From an uncultured Verrucomicrobiae bacterium (GTDB lineage Bacteria > Chlamydiota > Chlamydiia > Chlamydiales > Rhabdochlamydiaceae): DNA of 64,000 nt. The stretch lies in assembly GCA_963806855.1 (NCBI GenBank), contig CAWDYW010000001.1, positions 800,001-864,000 of the forward strand, given 5' to 3'. Every line of letters starts with the position of its first letter. Positions within the stretch are counted from its first letter, which is position 1. Under the pieces are notes generated by a model. It did not search any database. It saw only the letters and a program-made list of their open reading frames with translations, and had not been told where the DNA came from. Position numbers and translations under genes: made by a program. Positions 63,199-64,000 of the stretch are shown one piece after another.

Positions 63199-64000
63199 AG
63201 TTCTATTTGAAATCACAGAAGACAAACTCGAAACAGGGCTCCGCGGCTTTCCAGTAGGCTATTGCGTCACTTCTCATGTCGACCCAGAAAAAGGGCTCCA
63301 CTATTGCGGCAAACCGGTGAGCGAGCTCGCTTTCCGCGAGCCCCAAGAGGTGATCTACTTGCTCTACCACGGCAAAGAGGGGAGTCAAAAAGAGGTGGCA
63401 GAATTCTTCGACCATCTGAAATCGAGAAGCTGCCTACCCGATTCAGTCGTCAAACAGATCTATCATTTGCCGCGCGAAGGATCGCCGATTAAGCTCTTTG
63501 CAGCCGCTTTGCTCTTGCTCGAAATGCATGACAAAATCGGCGACTACCGGGCCGATTGTCTCAATGTGATCGCCAAATTGCCCCATCTTGTCGCCTGCAT
63601 CATCAATCACCACGCTGGTTGGGGAGAAACTCTCAAGCCCAATTTCGACCTTGGTTATATGGAAGCCTTCACCGAAATGGTCCGCATCCCCAAGAAGAGC
63701 CCCGCGCTTAAAGAAGCTTTCAAATTTTTCAATGTACTCCACTACGATCATGGCGGCGGCAATCTCTCTGCATTCGTCGGAAAAGCGGTCGCCTCTGGGC
63801 TCGATGATCTCTACGGCTCTCTGGCGGCTGCGATGTGCGCCCTTGCTGGCCCTAGGCATGGCAGCGCCAATCAAGTGATTCTCGAGTTTGTGAAAAGCCT
63901 CTACGAAGAGCTCGGCGATGGGGCGACAGAAGAGCAGGTGGAAGATCTTATTCGAAAGAAGCTAGATCAACACGAGCTCGTCTTTGGCTTTGGTCATGCC
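63191..64000 (+). CDS. gltA: Citrate synthase (partial, TTG start, runs off the window)
   Basis: [21 protein letters not shown] and GFGH motifs. Confidence 0.9.
   Translation, partial: MAKVLFEITEDKLETGLRGFPVGYCVTSHVDPEKGLHYCGKPVSELAFREPQEVIYLLYHGKEGSQKEVAEFFDHLKSRSCLPDSVVKQIYHLPREGSPIKLFAAALLLLEMHDKIGDYRADCLNVIAKLPHLVACIINHHAGWGETLKPNFDLGYMEAFTEMVRIPKKSPALKEAFKFFNVLHYDHGGGNLSAFVGKAVASGLDDLYGSLAAAMCALAGPRHGSANQVILEFVKSLYEELGDGATEEQVEDLIRKKLDQHELVFGFGHA

Overview
A 64-kb bacterial chromosome segment, most likely from an environmental Chlamydiota lineage. This is inferred from CCA-less tRNA-Thr/Tyr and tRNA-Ala/Ile pairs, a NUE-like SET protein, a short AspRS fused to a YbaK domain, and effector-like ORFs; no marker gene confirms it. 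The right part (45.1-64 kb) looks like core genome: tRNAs, adk, an amidase, aspS, an RNA-repair locus (a 2H-phosphoesterase-archease fusion plus rtcB), mdh and gltA. The left part (1-45 kb) is accessory DNA accreted downstream of tRNA-Tyr. It holds two extra copies of the tRNA-Tyr 3' half with shared arm-like flanks, i.e. tandem integrase-less islands. It also has a ~175-bp structured tandem repeat linked to the tRNA 3' end with dispersed fragments, ERIC-like TA-flanked palindromes and a Tn21-like terminal repeat. Cargo includes carAB, a group 3b [NiFe]-hydrogenase with hyp genes and a Ni transporter, an xfp-fba-P-type H+-ATPase operon, effector-like genes (ankyrin, YopT-like protease, SET) and an island combining an amino-acid symporter, a DapF-like epimerase, dtd and a toxin-antitoxin pair. 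Genes at 3.4-17.8, 26-28 and 57-58.5 kb carry many single-base frameshifts with intact motifs, which look more like consensus errors than true decay. All calls come from reading the sequence and recalled family motifs; no searches were run.
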